Virus record (IMG/VR): IMGVR_UViG_3300006103_001171
Length of the DNA stretch: 64,000 nucleotides
Strand: one strand, 5' to 3'
Origin: an uncultured virus (IMG/VR IMGVR_UViG_3300006103_001171)
Lineage: Duplodnaviria; Heunggongvirae; Uroviricota; Caudoviricetes
This document shows, in pieces, positions 39,109 through 48,637 of this stretch. The notes under the pieces are model-generated. The model was not told the DNA's origin. It searched no databases and worked only from the letters and a program-made list of their open reading frames with translations. The position numbers were made by a program, and so were the translations under genes. The first letter of the stretch is position 1, and every line of letters begins with the position of its first letter.

Positions 39109-40008
39109 ATGAGTACAAACAGTGCACTTATGGCTATGTTAGGTCAGTATGAAAACAACGCTAACGGCTATGCAGAAAAAAAGGAAAACTCCTTTAACGA
39201 AAACAATTACTTCGGAACTTATCTTAAAGACAAAGAAAAGACTGGTACGAAGACAGTAAGAATCCTACCAACAAAAGATGGTTCAACACCATTCGTTGAG
39301 GTTTGGGCACACAGAATCCAAGTTGATGGTAATTGGCCAACATTCGTGTGTTTGAAGCATGCTAAGGGTGAAGATTGTCCGTTTTGTGAAGCACGCCAAG
39401 CTTTATTGGCTAGTGGTAATGAAACAGACAAAGACCTAGCTAAGAAGTATTCAGCTAGGAAAATGTATGTAGTTAAAGTTATCGATAGAGATAACGAAGA
39501 CCACGGTGTTAAATTTTGGAGATTTTATCATGATTTCCGTAAGACTGGTGTTTTTGATAAAATCTATGGTATCCTACAAACAATTAAGAAAGACATCACA
39601 GATGTTAACACTGGTCGTGATTTAGCTATCTCAATTGCTAGAGACCAAAATGGTAATCCAGTTGTTCAAACAATTACGCAATTAGACCCTACACCACTAT
39701 CAGAAGATTCTAGTCTTTCACAAGAATGGGCTAATGATAGCAGAACTTGGCAAGATGTTTATAGCCTAAAACCGTATGAATATCTTGAAATCATTGTAAA
39801 AGGTGGTGTTCCAGTTTATTCTAAGGAAGAAAAAAGATTTGTTGACAAGAATTTAGTTACAGCTAAAGAAGCTAACGCACCTTTAGATACTGAATTAAGT
39901 TTGGGTGTTGCTAATGTTAAGAGCAATGTTACAGCAGCTAAATCTACACCAGTGACTAGTTTAGTTACTTCTGATGATTCCGATGATTCCGATGATTTAC
40001 CATTTTAG
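39109..40008 (+). CDS. Single-stranded DNA-binding protein (T4 gp32-like)
   Basis: TVRILP, CLKH...CPFC Zn site, VIDRD...GVKFW, DVNTGRDL and acidic tail DDSDDSDDLPF. Confidence 0.85.
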   Translation: MSTNSALMAMLGQYENNANGYAEKKENSFNENNYFGTYLKDKEKTGTKTVRILPTKDGSTPFVEVWAHRIQVDGNWPTFVCLKHAKGEDCPFCEARQALLASGNETDKDLAKKYSARKMYVVKVIDRDNEDHGVKFWRFYHDFRKTGVFDKIYGILQTIKKDITDVNTGRDLAISIARDQNGNPVVQTITQLDPTPLSEDSSLSQEWANDSRTWQDVYSLKPYEYLEIIVKGGVPVYSKEEKRFVDKNLVTAKEANAPLDTELSLGVANVKSNVTAAKSTPVTSLVTSDDSDDSDDLPF

Positions 40009-40023
40009 AATGGTAAACTAAAT

Positions 40024-40058
40024 ATAAATGGGTAGTAATTACTACCCATTTATTTTTT
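40024..40058 (+). terminator. Intrinsic terminator
   Basis: Perfect 30-bp palindrome ATAAATGGGTAGTAA/TTACTACCCATTTAT and T tract. Confidence 0.8.
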
Positions 40059-40084
40059 ATCTTAAAAATACTAATAAAAAAAAT

Positions 40085-41185
40085 ATGGCAAAAAAACCAG
40101 AGAAGAAAATTATTCCTAAAAAGGAATTTAACTTAGATGACTTTATCACTACACAAGGGTTAGATGCTACTGTCACTGAAAAAGAATTAAAATGGATACC
40201 ATTATCTGAAGCATTTCATGATGCGGTAAAGGTACCAGGTATTCCTATGGGTTATTTTGTTAGTTTTAGGGGTTACTCAAACACTGGTAAATCAACAGCT
40301 ATTTATGAAGCTATAGCTGGTTGTCAAAAACTTGGTGTTTTGGCGGTAATCTTTGAAACTGAAGGTAACTGGAATTGGGAACACGCAAAAAACATTGGTG
40401 TTGAACTTAGAGAAGTTCCAGATGAAGAAACTGGTGAGCTTAAGTATAAGCCAAAGGACTTTATTTTATTACAAGGTCCAGACTTATTAAGACTCTACCA
40501 AAACTATGACCACCAACATAGTAAAATGGGTACCAAGGCCTTAAGGTACGAACCAGTTGTTGAAGATATATCAGCATTTATGAATGATATTTTGGATAAA
40601 CAACAAGAAGGTGTGATTCAACAAGATGTTGCTTTCTTTTGGGATTCAGTTGGTTCTATTAACTGCTTCAAGGGTGCGACATCTAAAACAACAAATAATC
40701 AATGGACGGCTGGTGCTTTAGCTACTTGCTTCAAGTCATTGATTAATTACCGAATTCCTTCATCAAGAAGAACCGATTGTGAATATACAGCAACATTTGC
40801 CGTAGTTCAACAAATTTGGTTGGATAATGAGAACAAGGTTATTAAGCACAAGGGTGGTGAAGCCTTTTTCTATTCACCAAGAATGATATTCCATTTCGGT
40901 GGTATATTAACACACAGTACTGAAAAGCTTAAAGCAACTTACAGAGGTGAAGAATATCAATTTGGTGTTACAACAAAAGTAAGATGTGAAAAGAATCAAG
41001 TTAACGGTATTGAACAAAAGGGTTCTATTGCCTCTACACCACATGGTTATTGGAATCCCGATAAGATTGACGAGTACAAAGAAAAGTACAAGGATTTTAT
41101 CAAAGAAAAACTTAACACAGAGTTTGATGATTTTATCATTGAAACTGAAGCAATGTCACTCAGCAGTGAGGACATGAGAATGTAA
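40085..41185 (+). CDS. recA: RecA/UvsX-like recombinase
   Basis: Walker A GYSNTGKST, FETEG, Walker B FFWDSVGS and KGGEAFFY. Start moved to the ATG at 40085 because 40028 lies inside the terminator. Confidence 0.85.
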   Translation: MAKKPEKKIIPKKEFNLDDFITTQGLDATVTEKELKWIPLSEAFHDAVKVPGIPMGYFVSFRGYSNTGKSTAIYEAIAGCQKLGVLAVIFETEGNWNWEHAKNIGVELREVPDEETGELKYKPKDFILLQGPDLLRLYQNYDHQHSKMGTKALRYEPVVEDISAFMNDILDKQQEGVIQQDVAFFWDSVGSINCFKGATSKTTNNQWTAGALATCFKSLINYRIPSSRRTDCEYTATFAVVQQIWLDNENKVIKHKGGEAFFYSPRMIFHFGGILTHSTEKLKATYRGEEYQFGVTTKVRCEKNQVNGIEQKGSIASTPHGYWNPDKIDEYKEKYKDFIKEKLNTEFDDFIIETEAMSLSSEDMRM

Positions 41186-41217
41186 ACATTTTTTTTTAAC
41201 TAGTAAATTCAAGTGAA

Positions 41218-42291
41218 TTGAATAAAAGACCACCAAAAAGCGGTGAAAGAATAAAGATTAAAAATACACTCTTGGTTGACGGAAATGCCTTATTTAAATT
41301 AGGTTATTTGGGTGCCAAGAGTGAGTTTAATCATCGGGGTGAACACATCGGTGGGATTTATCAATTCCTAACGATTCTACGCAAACTATTAACTGAGGAC
41401 TTATATCATAGAGTCTACGTATTCTGGGATGGCAAATTAAGCGGCCAATTAAGATTTAAAATTTACGAAGCTTATAAGGGTAATCGAAATAAGGATTATA
41501 TCAACGGGACTCATCCTATTGATGAATCTGAGTTGAAACAAAAGATGATGATTTGGAATTATCTCGATAACCTTTGTATTCGACAATTACAAGATGAAGT
41601 TGTGGAAAGTGATGATTTCATTGCTTATTATACCAATAATAAGGATGAGAATGAAAAGATAACTATCTGCACTACTGACCGAGATATGGCCCAACTTATC
41701 AAGGATAATGTAAGAATTTATTTTTGTGATTTACGAACTTATATCGATACAACAAATTATTCAAATTATTTCTCACATTACCACGAGAATGCAGCACTAA
41801 TCAAAACAATCATAGGTGATAACAGTGACTGTATTAAGGGTGTTAAGGGTGTTAAAGAACCTACATTATTGTCATTTTTCCCAGAGTTAAAAGAACGTAA
41901 GGTTACACTTGATGAAATAATTAAAAAAGCAGGTGAATTACAAAATGAAAGACTTTCAGCTAAAAAACCACCACTAAAGAGCCTTACAAATATCATCAAT
42001 GGTGTTACAGATGGTATTCAAGGTGATAAACTATACGAAATAAATTCTAAATTGGTTAACCTTAAAGAACCTATGTTAACCGAAAATGCTGTTGAAGAAT
42101 TAAACTTCATTATTGAAGCTGAATTTGATACAACTGATAGAAGCGTTAAAAATGTTTATTCTAAGATGAAAATTGATGGAATAGACAGAACAATTGGTGC
42201 GAATAGATATCCAGATTACTTAGTACCTTTTAAACAACTAATGGAAAGAGAATTAAAACAAACAAAATTAAACGATGAGTACAACAATTAA
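41218..42291 (+). CDS. 5'-3' exonuclease / flap endonuclease (Pol I N-terminal, T4 RNase H-like), TTG start
   Basis: LLVDGNAL, VFWDG, YKGNR, ESDDFIA, TTDRDMAQL and GDNSDCIKGVKGV. Confidence 0.9.
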   Translation: MNKRPPKSGERIKIKNTLLVDGNALFKLGYLGAKSEFNHRGEHIGGIYQFLTILRKLLTEDLYHRVYVFWDGKLSGQLRFKIYEAYKGNRNKDYINGTHPIDESELKQKMMIWNYLDNLCIRQLQDEVVESDDFIAYYTNNKDENEKITICTTDRDMAQLIKDNVRIYFCDLRTYIDTTNYSNYFSHYHENAALIKTIIGDNSDCIKGVKGVKEPTLLSFFPELKERKVTLDEIIKKAGELQNERLSAKKPPLKSLTNIINGVTDGIQGDKLYEINSKLVNLKEPMLTENAVEELNFIIEAEFDTTDRSVKNVYSKMKIDGIDRTIGANRYPDYLVPFKQLMERELKQTKLNDEYNN

Positions 42292-42760
42292 AAAAATCGA
42301 AGAACAACGTTTTGAATTCTTGTTATATATTAACAAGAATATCATTTGTCAAAGATACTTTAGTATCAAAGACTTTAACCTAGATTCAATTTATTCAATT
42401 GAATTGAAAGAATTAATGGATAGACTAGTAGGTATGAACAATGGTAATTTTGGTTCATTAGGTCTTATTACAAGAAATTTAAAGAATAAGGCTGTAGATT
42501 ATCTTTGGAGAAATTATAACCCACATCAATTTAAAAATGATGAACCAAAGAACAATTATGAAAAGGAAGATATCTTTGAATTTGAAATCAGAGTTGATAA
42601 AAATATAATTGCTAAGAGTTATTTCTCTGGTAATCATTTTCCTCAACAAGTTAGATATCAAGTTGATATTAAGGATATTATACCTAAGATTATAACAGAT
42701 ATCAAAGACACATTAAGTCAAAAAATATATAATCACTATTACGGTGATTTGGCACTTTAA
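42275..42760 (+). CDS. Hypothetical protein
   Basis: 161-aa ORF overlapping the exonuclease end. Confidence 0.65.
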   Translation: MSTTIKKIEEQRFEFLLYINKNIICQRYFSIKDFNLDSIYSIELKELMDRLVGMNNGNFGSLGLITRNLKNKAVDYLWRNYNPHQFKNDEPKNNYEKEDIFEFEIRVDKNIIAKSYFSGNHFPQQVRYQVDIKDIIPKIITDIKDTLSQKIYNHYYGDLAL

Positions 42761-42801
42761 GGATATTTATTATAATTAACACTTTTCAACAAAAATTAAA
42801 A

Positions 42802-44232
42802 ATGACAAAAATAAAAAGAAATGATTTCAGTTATTTGGGTGCAGACTTTCAAGTTAGGTTAGTAGCACAAATTATAATTGATAATAAATTTGGTGAGTCC
42901 ATTATTGATATTTTAGACCCGAATTATTTTAGTGCTGAGAATAGTTTAAAAATTATTGTTTCAACAATTATTGACGCTTATAATGATTATAATATCATTC
43001 CAGATATGGGTAGTCTTGAATTTAGATTACTTGATAAAGTTAAGCTTGATATTGATAGACAATATACGATTAAGCAATTAAAGTTAATAAAAGAGGCTAA
43101 CTTAAATGATGGTCTCGAAGTACAAGAAAAAGCCATGTTGTTTTGTAAACAACAAGAGCTACAAAAATCAATAAAGGAAATTCAATCAATTATTGATAAG
43201 GGTGATTTTGATAGGTACGAAGAATGTGAAGAAATACTTAAAAAAGCATTAGACCATGGTAATCCTAAGGATAATGGTATTGATGTTTTTGAAAACATAG
43301 AATCTGTATTAGTTGACGACTTTAGAAACCCAATACCTACTGGTATTAAGGGTCTTGATGAGGTTATGGATGGTGGGCTTGCACCAAGTGAATTGGGTAT
43401 TATACTAGCACCATATGGTGTTGGTAAAACAACAATGATTACCAAAATAGCTAATACAGCTAAGAATTTAGGTAAGAATGTTTTACAAGTCTTTTTTGAA
43501 GATATGCCAAAGGTTATTCAAAGAAAACATTTAGCATGTTGGTCTGGATATGCTCTAAATGACTTATCTTTGCATAGGGAAGAATTAATTGAGTTGGCAA
43601 ACGTTAAAAACAATGAACAAGGATATTTAAAATTAAAGAAATTTCCTAGTGATGGTACCACAATACCAATCATTAAACAATATGTTAAAAAGTTGATAGC
43701 GCAAGGACTAAAACCTGATGTTATACTATTGGATTACATCGATTGTGTTCAACCTACAAGACAATTTGACGATTCATATGCTGGTGAAGGACAAGTAATG
43801 AGGCAATTTGAAACCCTATTATCTGAGTTTAATATAGCTGGATGGACAGCCGTACAAGGTAATAGAAGTTCAATAGGTGCCGCGGTAGTACAATCCGACC
43901 AGATGGGTGGTTCAATTAAGAAAGGTCAAATAGGTCACTTCGTTGTATCAATAGCTAAAACCCTTGAACAAAAAGAAAATGGAACAGCTAATATGGCCAT
44001 TCTAAAATCTAGATTTGGGAAGGACGGTATCGTATTCGAAAATATTACATTTGATAACGGCAGAATTCAAATCGATATGTCGGCCGCAATGGTTGGTAAG
44101 AGTCAAGGTGAATACAAGAAAGAACAAGAAGTTTCAAATGTTCAACGTGTTGCTAAAGCATTAGAAGAACAGCAAAAATATAAGAGATTGATTAGTGGTT
44201 TTGCGCAAGAAAATAGCGCAATTAACACATAG
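42802..44232 (+). CDS. dnaB: Replicative DnaB-like (T4 gp41-like) helicase
   Basis: IPTGIKGLD, Walker A APYGVGKT, Walker B ILLDYID, WTAVQGNR and KSRFG. Confidence 0.9.
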   Translation: MTKIKRNDFSYLGADFQVRLVAQIIIDNKFGESIIDILDPNYFSAENSLKIIVSTIIDAYNDYNIIPDMGSLEFRLLDKVKLDIDRQYTIKQLKLIKEANLNDGLEVQEKAMLFCKQQELQKSIKEIQSIIDKGDFDRYEECEEILKKALDHGNPKDNGIDVFENIESVLVDDFRNPIPTGIKGLDEVMDGGLAPSELGIILAPYGVGKTTMITKIANTAKNLGKNVLQVFFEDMPKVIQRKHLACWSGYALNDLSLHREELIELANVKNNEQGYLKLKKFPSDGTTIPIIKQYVKKLIAQGLKPDVILLDYIDCVQPTRQFDDSYAGEGQVMRQFETLLSEFNIAGWTAVQGNRSSIGAAVVQSDQMGGSIKKGQIGHFVVSIAKTLEQKENGTANMAILKSRFGKDGIVFENITFDNGRIQIDMSAAMVGKSQGEYKKEQEVSNVQRVAKALEEQQKYKRLISGFAQENSAINT

Positions 44233-44267
44233 GAAAAATAATAATAAATAATAAAAAACAATAAAAA

Positions 44268-45242
44268 ATGGGGGTCTTTGATAAAAGAACAAATTTTAAA
44301 CCTTTTGAGTATCCAGAATTATATGATTTTGTTGATGCAATCAATCATAGTTACTGGATACATACAGAATTTTCGTATGATGGTGACATTCAAGATTATC
44401 ATGTTAATCTTAATAAAACACATCAGAATGCTGTTAAACGTGCGATGCTTGCAATTTCTCAAATTGAAATTAATGTAAAAAGGTTTTGGTCAAACTTATA
44501 CAATCAGTTTCCTAAGCCAGAGTTTGATGCTTTAGGTAGTACATTTGGTGAAAGTGAAGTTAGACATAGCAGAAGTTATGCTCATGTCCTAGAATTACTA
44601 GGTTTAAACGAAGAGTTTAATGAACTAGTTAATAATCCAGTAATACAAGGTAGAATCGATTACTTAAATAAATATTTAAAGAATGCTGGTAGTAATAATA
44701 AGGAATTATATACACTCACATTAGCGTTATTTAGCTTATTTATTGAGAATTGTAGTCTATTCAGTCAATTTTTAATTATTAAGTCGTTTAATAAGTATCA
44801 AAACTACTTTAAGGGTATCGATAATGTTATTCAAGCAACAATGAAAGAAGAAACTCTTCATGGAATGGCTGGTGCTTATATTATTAACTTAGTTAAAAAT
44901 GAAAATCCAGAATGGTTTAATGAAGAATTTTATAAAACAATTGAAAGAGCTTGTAAAAAAGCCTATCTTGCTGAAGAAAAAATCATTGATTGGATATTTG
45001 AAGGTGGTGAACTAGATTTCTTAGATAAAGCAACTGTATTAGAATTCACAAAAAATAGATTTAATAAATCTATGGATATGATTGGTTGTGAAAAAATATT
45101 TGAAGTGGATAAAGAACTATTGAAAAAAACAAATTGGTTTGATGTTGAGGTATCTTCAGAAACTCACACCGATTTTTTCAATAAAACTCCAACTAATTAC
45201 AGTAAAAAAACACAATCAATAACAGCTGACGATTTATTTTAA
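44268..45242 (+). CDS. nrdB: Ribonucleotide reductase class Ia beta subunit
   Basis: KPFEYP, ESEVRHSRSY, IENCSLFSQF, EETLH and DFF. Confidence 0.93.
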   Translation: MGVFDKRTNFKPFEYPELYDFVDAINHSYWIHTEFSYDGDIQDYHVNLNKTHQNAVKRAMLAISQIEINVKRFWSNLYNQFPKPEFDALGSTFGESEVRHSRSYAHVLELLGLNEEFNELVNNPVIQGRIDYLNKYLKNAGSNNKELYTLTLALFSLFIENCSLFSQFLIIKSFNKYQNYFKGIDNVIQATMKEETLHGMAGAYIINLVKNENPEWFNEEFYKTIERACKKAYLAEEKIIDWIFEGGELDFLDKATVLEFTKNRFNKSMDMIGCEKIFEVDKELLKKTNWFDVEVSSETHTDFFNKTPTNYSKKTQSITADDLF

Positions 45243-45261
45243 ATATATAAAAAAACACAAT

Positions 45262-48033
45262 ATGGGTATAAGATGGTTAAATAAAAATAGTGAGTCCTTT
45301 TTAAAAAAGGATTATCTATTATTGGGTCAAACGGTTGAGGAAAGAATTAAAATTATTGCGGATAACGCTGAAAGAATACTTACTGAGACTAAGAAGAATA
45401 ATGATTACGATTTTACTGGTTTTTCAAATAAATTAGTTGATTACGTGTCTAAGGGTTGGATTAGTTTCTCAACACCAATATGGACAAATTTTGGTACAGA
45501 AAGAGGGTTACCAATTAGTTGTTTCAATAGTCATTTTTCTGATAGTGTATCTTCAATATTATACACAAATGCTGAAATTGGTATGATGACCAAATTAGGT
45601 GGTGGTACCAGTGGCTACTTTGGTAGTATTAGAGGTAGAGGTTCATTAATAAAGGATAATGGGTTCAGTAACGGTACTTATCCGTTTCTAGCATACACAC
45701 AGTCCACAACCTCTGTAATAAGTCAAGGAAGCACTAGGAGAGGCTATTTTGCTGGGTATATAGATATCTATCACCAAGACATAGAAGAGTGGCTAAATAT
45801 AAGAAAAGAAGGTGATGCAATACAACATGTTACTTGGGGTGTTTGTGTTCCTTCTAATTGGATAGAAGAAATGAAAAATGGTGATGCTAAGAAAAGAGAA
45901 TTATGGGCTAGAGTGGTAACAAAGAGATTTGAAACTGGTTTACCATATATATTCTTTACAGATAATGCAAATTATGGAGAAAGTGTTCCAGAGATTTATA
46001 AAGGAAGAATTAAATCTAGTAATTTGTGTGTTATTGGTTCCGATATGGCTGTTACATCCAATGGTTTAGTTAAAGTAAGTGAACTTTATGATTTGGGTGA
46101 AAATCTTGTTTTATTTGACAACGAAAAAACAGTAAACGCATCACCAATGAGACTTGTTGAGAAAGATGTTGATGTCTATAAAGTAACATTAGAAAATGGT
46201 ATGTCTCACACAATTACTGATTATCATAAGTTAAAAATATATGATAATGAATCATATACTATGAAAGAGTGTAAAGACTTAGTTATTGGTGATAAAGTAT
46301 GTGTTCAAACTAATAAGGGTTTATTTGGTAAAATTGAAATGGAAGATGAGGCTTACTTATTAGGTTTATATCAATCTGATGGTACACAATATGAAGATAC
46401 AATAATGATTGATTTATGGGAAAATGACTTTGATTTAATTGACGATATAGAAAATAAATTTAACAATATTCACTATAAATATAATTGTGATACAATTACT
46501 GTTAAAAATCAATTTGGTACGTTTGGTACTAAAAAATCTCCACCAGCTAAATTTAGTGACTGCCAAGTTGCTCAATCATTGGTTAAAAAGAAAAGGTTAT
46601 CATCTAAAACTTTAGATAAAGCTTTAAATTTTAAAAAAGGTTTTGTACCTGAATGGATTTTTAAGGGTAGTGAAAAAACACAATGGGCTTATATTAAGGG
46701 TTTATTGGAAGCTGATGGTACTGTTTTCTTAGGCGATAAAAATAATATTCAGTTATCGTATAGTGATATAAATAAAGAGTTTCTTGAACAATTACAGTTA
46801 GTGTTTAATAATTTAGGTTTAAATTCAAAAATAAAAATTCTTAGATACGCTGGTGAAACTAATTTACCTGATGGTAAGGGTGGGCACAAGATGTATCTAA
46901 CAAAAGATTGTTGGAGGCTATATGTATCAAACATGCCAGATTGTTTAGAAGTAGAAAGAAATACAGGGTTCCTGTCTAGAAAAGGTGTTATATTGGAAAA
47001 TAGGGATTATAGAGATAATACAAAAAAATCTTTTAAAATAGAATCAATTGAACATGTTGGTAAAGAAGATGTTTATTGTACAACTGTTAACAGCAATGAA
47101 CATTTATGGGTTTGTAATGGTTTTATAACATCAAACTGTACAGAAATCATGGAACCATCTGACGAGAACGAATCATTTGTTTGTGATTTATCATCAATAA
47201 ATGATTTATATTATGATGAGTGGAAAGATACAGATTGTGTAGAAGTGGTAACATTTTTATTGGATGCTGTAACAACTGAATTTATTGAGAAAGCTTCTAA
47301 GTATGAATTTATGGAAAGGTCTATTAGATTTGCCACAAGACACAGAGCTTTAGGTATAGGTAGACTTGGTTATCATTCTTTGTTAAAAAGCAAAATGATA
47401 GCGTTTGAATCACTAGCAGCTAGAAATATAAACATTCAAATTCAAAAACACATTCAGCAAGAGTCAATAAAAGCTAGTGAAAAATTAGCACATATATTTG
47501 GTGAATGTGAAGAAACTAAAGGCTTAGGAAGAAGAAATGCGGTACTACAAGCTATCGCCCCAACAACTTCTAGCGCATTTATTATGCAAGTATCTCAAAG
47601 CATTGAACCAGATATGTCTAACTTGATGGTAAAGGATTTAGCTAAGGGTAAATTCACTATTAAAGATAAGTATTTAACTGCTTTATTAGAGAGTAAAGGA
47701 CAGAATACAGATGATGTATGGGATGATATCTTAAAGCATGGTGGTAGTGTATTACACTTGGATATACTAACAGATGATGAAAAATCTGTATTTAAAACTT
47801 CAAGAGAAATTTCACAAGAAGAAATAATAGTTCAAGCTGGCCATAGACAAAAATACATTGACCAAGGTCAATCTTTAAATTTGTTTATTACAGCAGATAC
47901 TAAAGCTAAGGATGTTAATAAGTTATTATTAATGGCTAACGATTTAGGCCTTAAATCACTTTATTACCAACACAATGTTTCAGCAGCATCTGAATTTGCT
48001 AAAAAATTCCAGAATTGTATGAGTTGCGAGTAA
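45262..48033 (+). CDS. nrdA: Ribonucleotide reductase class Ia alpha subunit (no evident ATP cone), containing an intein
   Basis: PISCF, GGGTS, SNL|C-TEI, IAPTTSS, YIDQGQSLN, KSLYY and C-terminal CMSCE. Confidence 0.95.
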   Translation: MGIRWLNKNSESFLKKDYLLLGQTVEERIKIIADNAERILTETKKNNDYDFTGFSNKLVDYVSKGWISFSTPIWTNFGTERGLPISCFNSHFSDSVSSILYTNAEIGMMTKLGGGTSGYFGSIRGRGSLIKDNGFSNGTYPFLAYTQSTTSVISQGSTRRGYFAGYIDIYHQDIEEWLNIRKEGDAIQHVTWGVCVPSNWIEEMKNGDAKKRELWARVVTKRFETGLPYIFFTDNANYGESVPEIYKGRIKSSNLCVIGSDMAVTSNGLVKVSELYDLGENLVLFDNEKTVNASPMRLVEKDVDVYKVTLENGMSHTITDYHKLKIYDNESYTMKECKDLVIGDKVCVQTNKGLFGKIEMEDEAYLLGLYQSDGTQYEDTIMIDLWENDFDLIDDIENKFNNIHYKYNCDTITVKNQFGTFGTKKSPPAKFSDCQVAQSLVKKKRLSSKTLDKALNFKKGFVPEWIFKGSEKTQWAYIKGLLEADGTVFLGDKNNIQLSYSDINKEFLEQLQLVFNNLGLNSKIKILRYAGETNLPDGKGGHKMYLTKDCWRLYVSNMPDCLEVERNTGFLSRKGVILENRDYRDNTKKSFKIESIEHVGKEDVYCTTVNSNEHLWVCNGFITSNCTEIMEPSDENESFVCDLSSINDLYYDEWKDTDCVEVVTFLLDAVTTEFIEKASKYEFMERSIRFATRHRALGIGRLGYHSLLKSKMIAFESLAARNINIQIQKHIQQESIKASEKLAHIFGECEETKGLGRRNAVLQAIAPTTSSAFIMQVSQSIEPDMSNLMVKDLAKGKFTIKDKYLTALLESKGQNTDDVWDDILKHGGSVLHLDILTDDEKSVFKTSREISQEEIIVQAGHRQKYIDQGQSLNLFITADTKAKDVNKLLLMANDLGLKSLYYQHNVSAASEFAKKFQNCMSCE
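46027..47136 (+). mobile_element. 370-aa intein with LAGLIDADG homing endonuclease
   Basis: Starts CVIGSD, block B TDYHKL, LAGLIDADG motifs YLLGLYQSDG and YIKGLLEADG, ends NGFITSN before an extein Cys. Removing it restores SNLCTEI. Confidence 0.93.
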
Positions 48034-48063
48034 TAAGTTAATTACCCAATAAAAACCAAAAAT

Positions 48064-48091
48064 AAAAAGCACCTTAATTGGTGCTTTTTTT
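48064..48091 (+). terminator. Intrinsic terminator
   Basis: AAAAAGCACC-TTAATT-GGTGCTTTTTT. Confidence 0.8.
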
Positions 48092-48146
48092 ATTTGTTTA
48101 CTTATAAAAAATGATTATTATAATATTTATGTAAAAATAAGTTATT

Positions 48147-48533
48147 ATGCCAGTTAAAAAATACATAAATATTGATTTTCCATTTAAAGATAGTCCAGAT
48201 GGTTTTTTATTAAATTTAAATTCTGATACACAACGTGCCATAAAAGCTGATTTAATGCACTTATTATTGACTAGAAAGGGTCAAAGACTTTATAATCCAA
48301 ATTTTGGTACGGATTTATTAAAGTTTATTTTTGAACCAAATGATGGTATTTCACTTAATGAAATTAGAGAAGAAATAGCTGCAAGTATAAAAAAATACTT
48401 ACCAAATTTACAAATAAATAGTTTAACCGTAAACCCAGACCCAAACACTGAATATCTAGCTGTAGTAAATTTAAGTTATACGATTACAGAAGGTGTCTTT
48501 GCGATAGATGATTCAATTACTATAAATATATAA
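48147..48533 (+). CDS. Baseplate wedge protein, T4 gp25-like
   Basis: LLLTRKGQRLYNPNFGTDL..FIFEP. Confidence 0.9.
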   Translation: MPVKKYINIDFPFKDSPDGFLLNLNSDTQRAIKADLMHLLLTRKGQRLYNPNFGTDLLKFIFEPNDGISLNEIREEIAASIKKYLPNLQINSLTVNPDPNTEYLAVVNLSYTITEGVFAIDDSITINI

Positions 48534-48637
48534 AGATTAATATAGTTTTTATAAAAGAATAAATATTTGAAAATATGTTAGAAATAATGTAATTTACAAT
48601 TTTTTCTTTATGTTTATATTTATAATAAAATATATTC

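Noticed and set aside
40028..40084. N-terminal extension of RecA given by the ORF track
   Set aside because: That ATG is inside a terminator palindrome; the ATG at 40085 has the usual A-rich leader.
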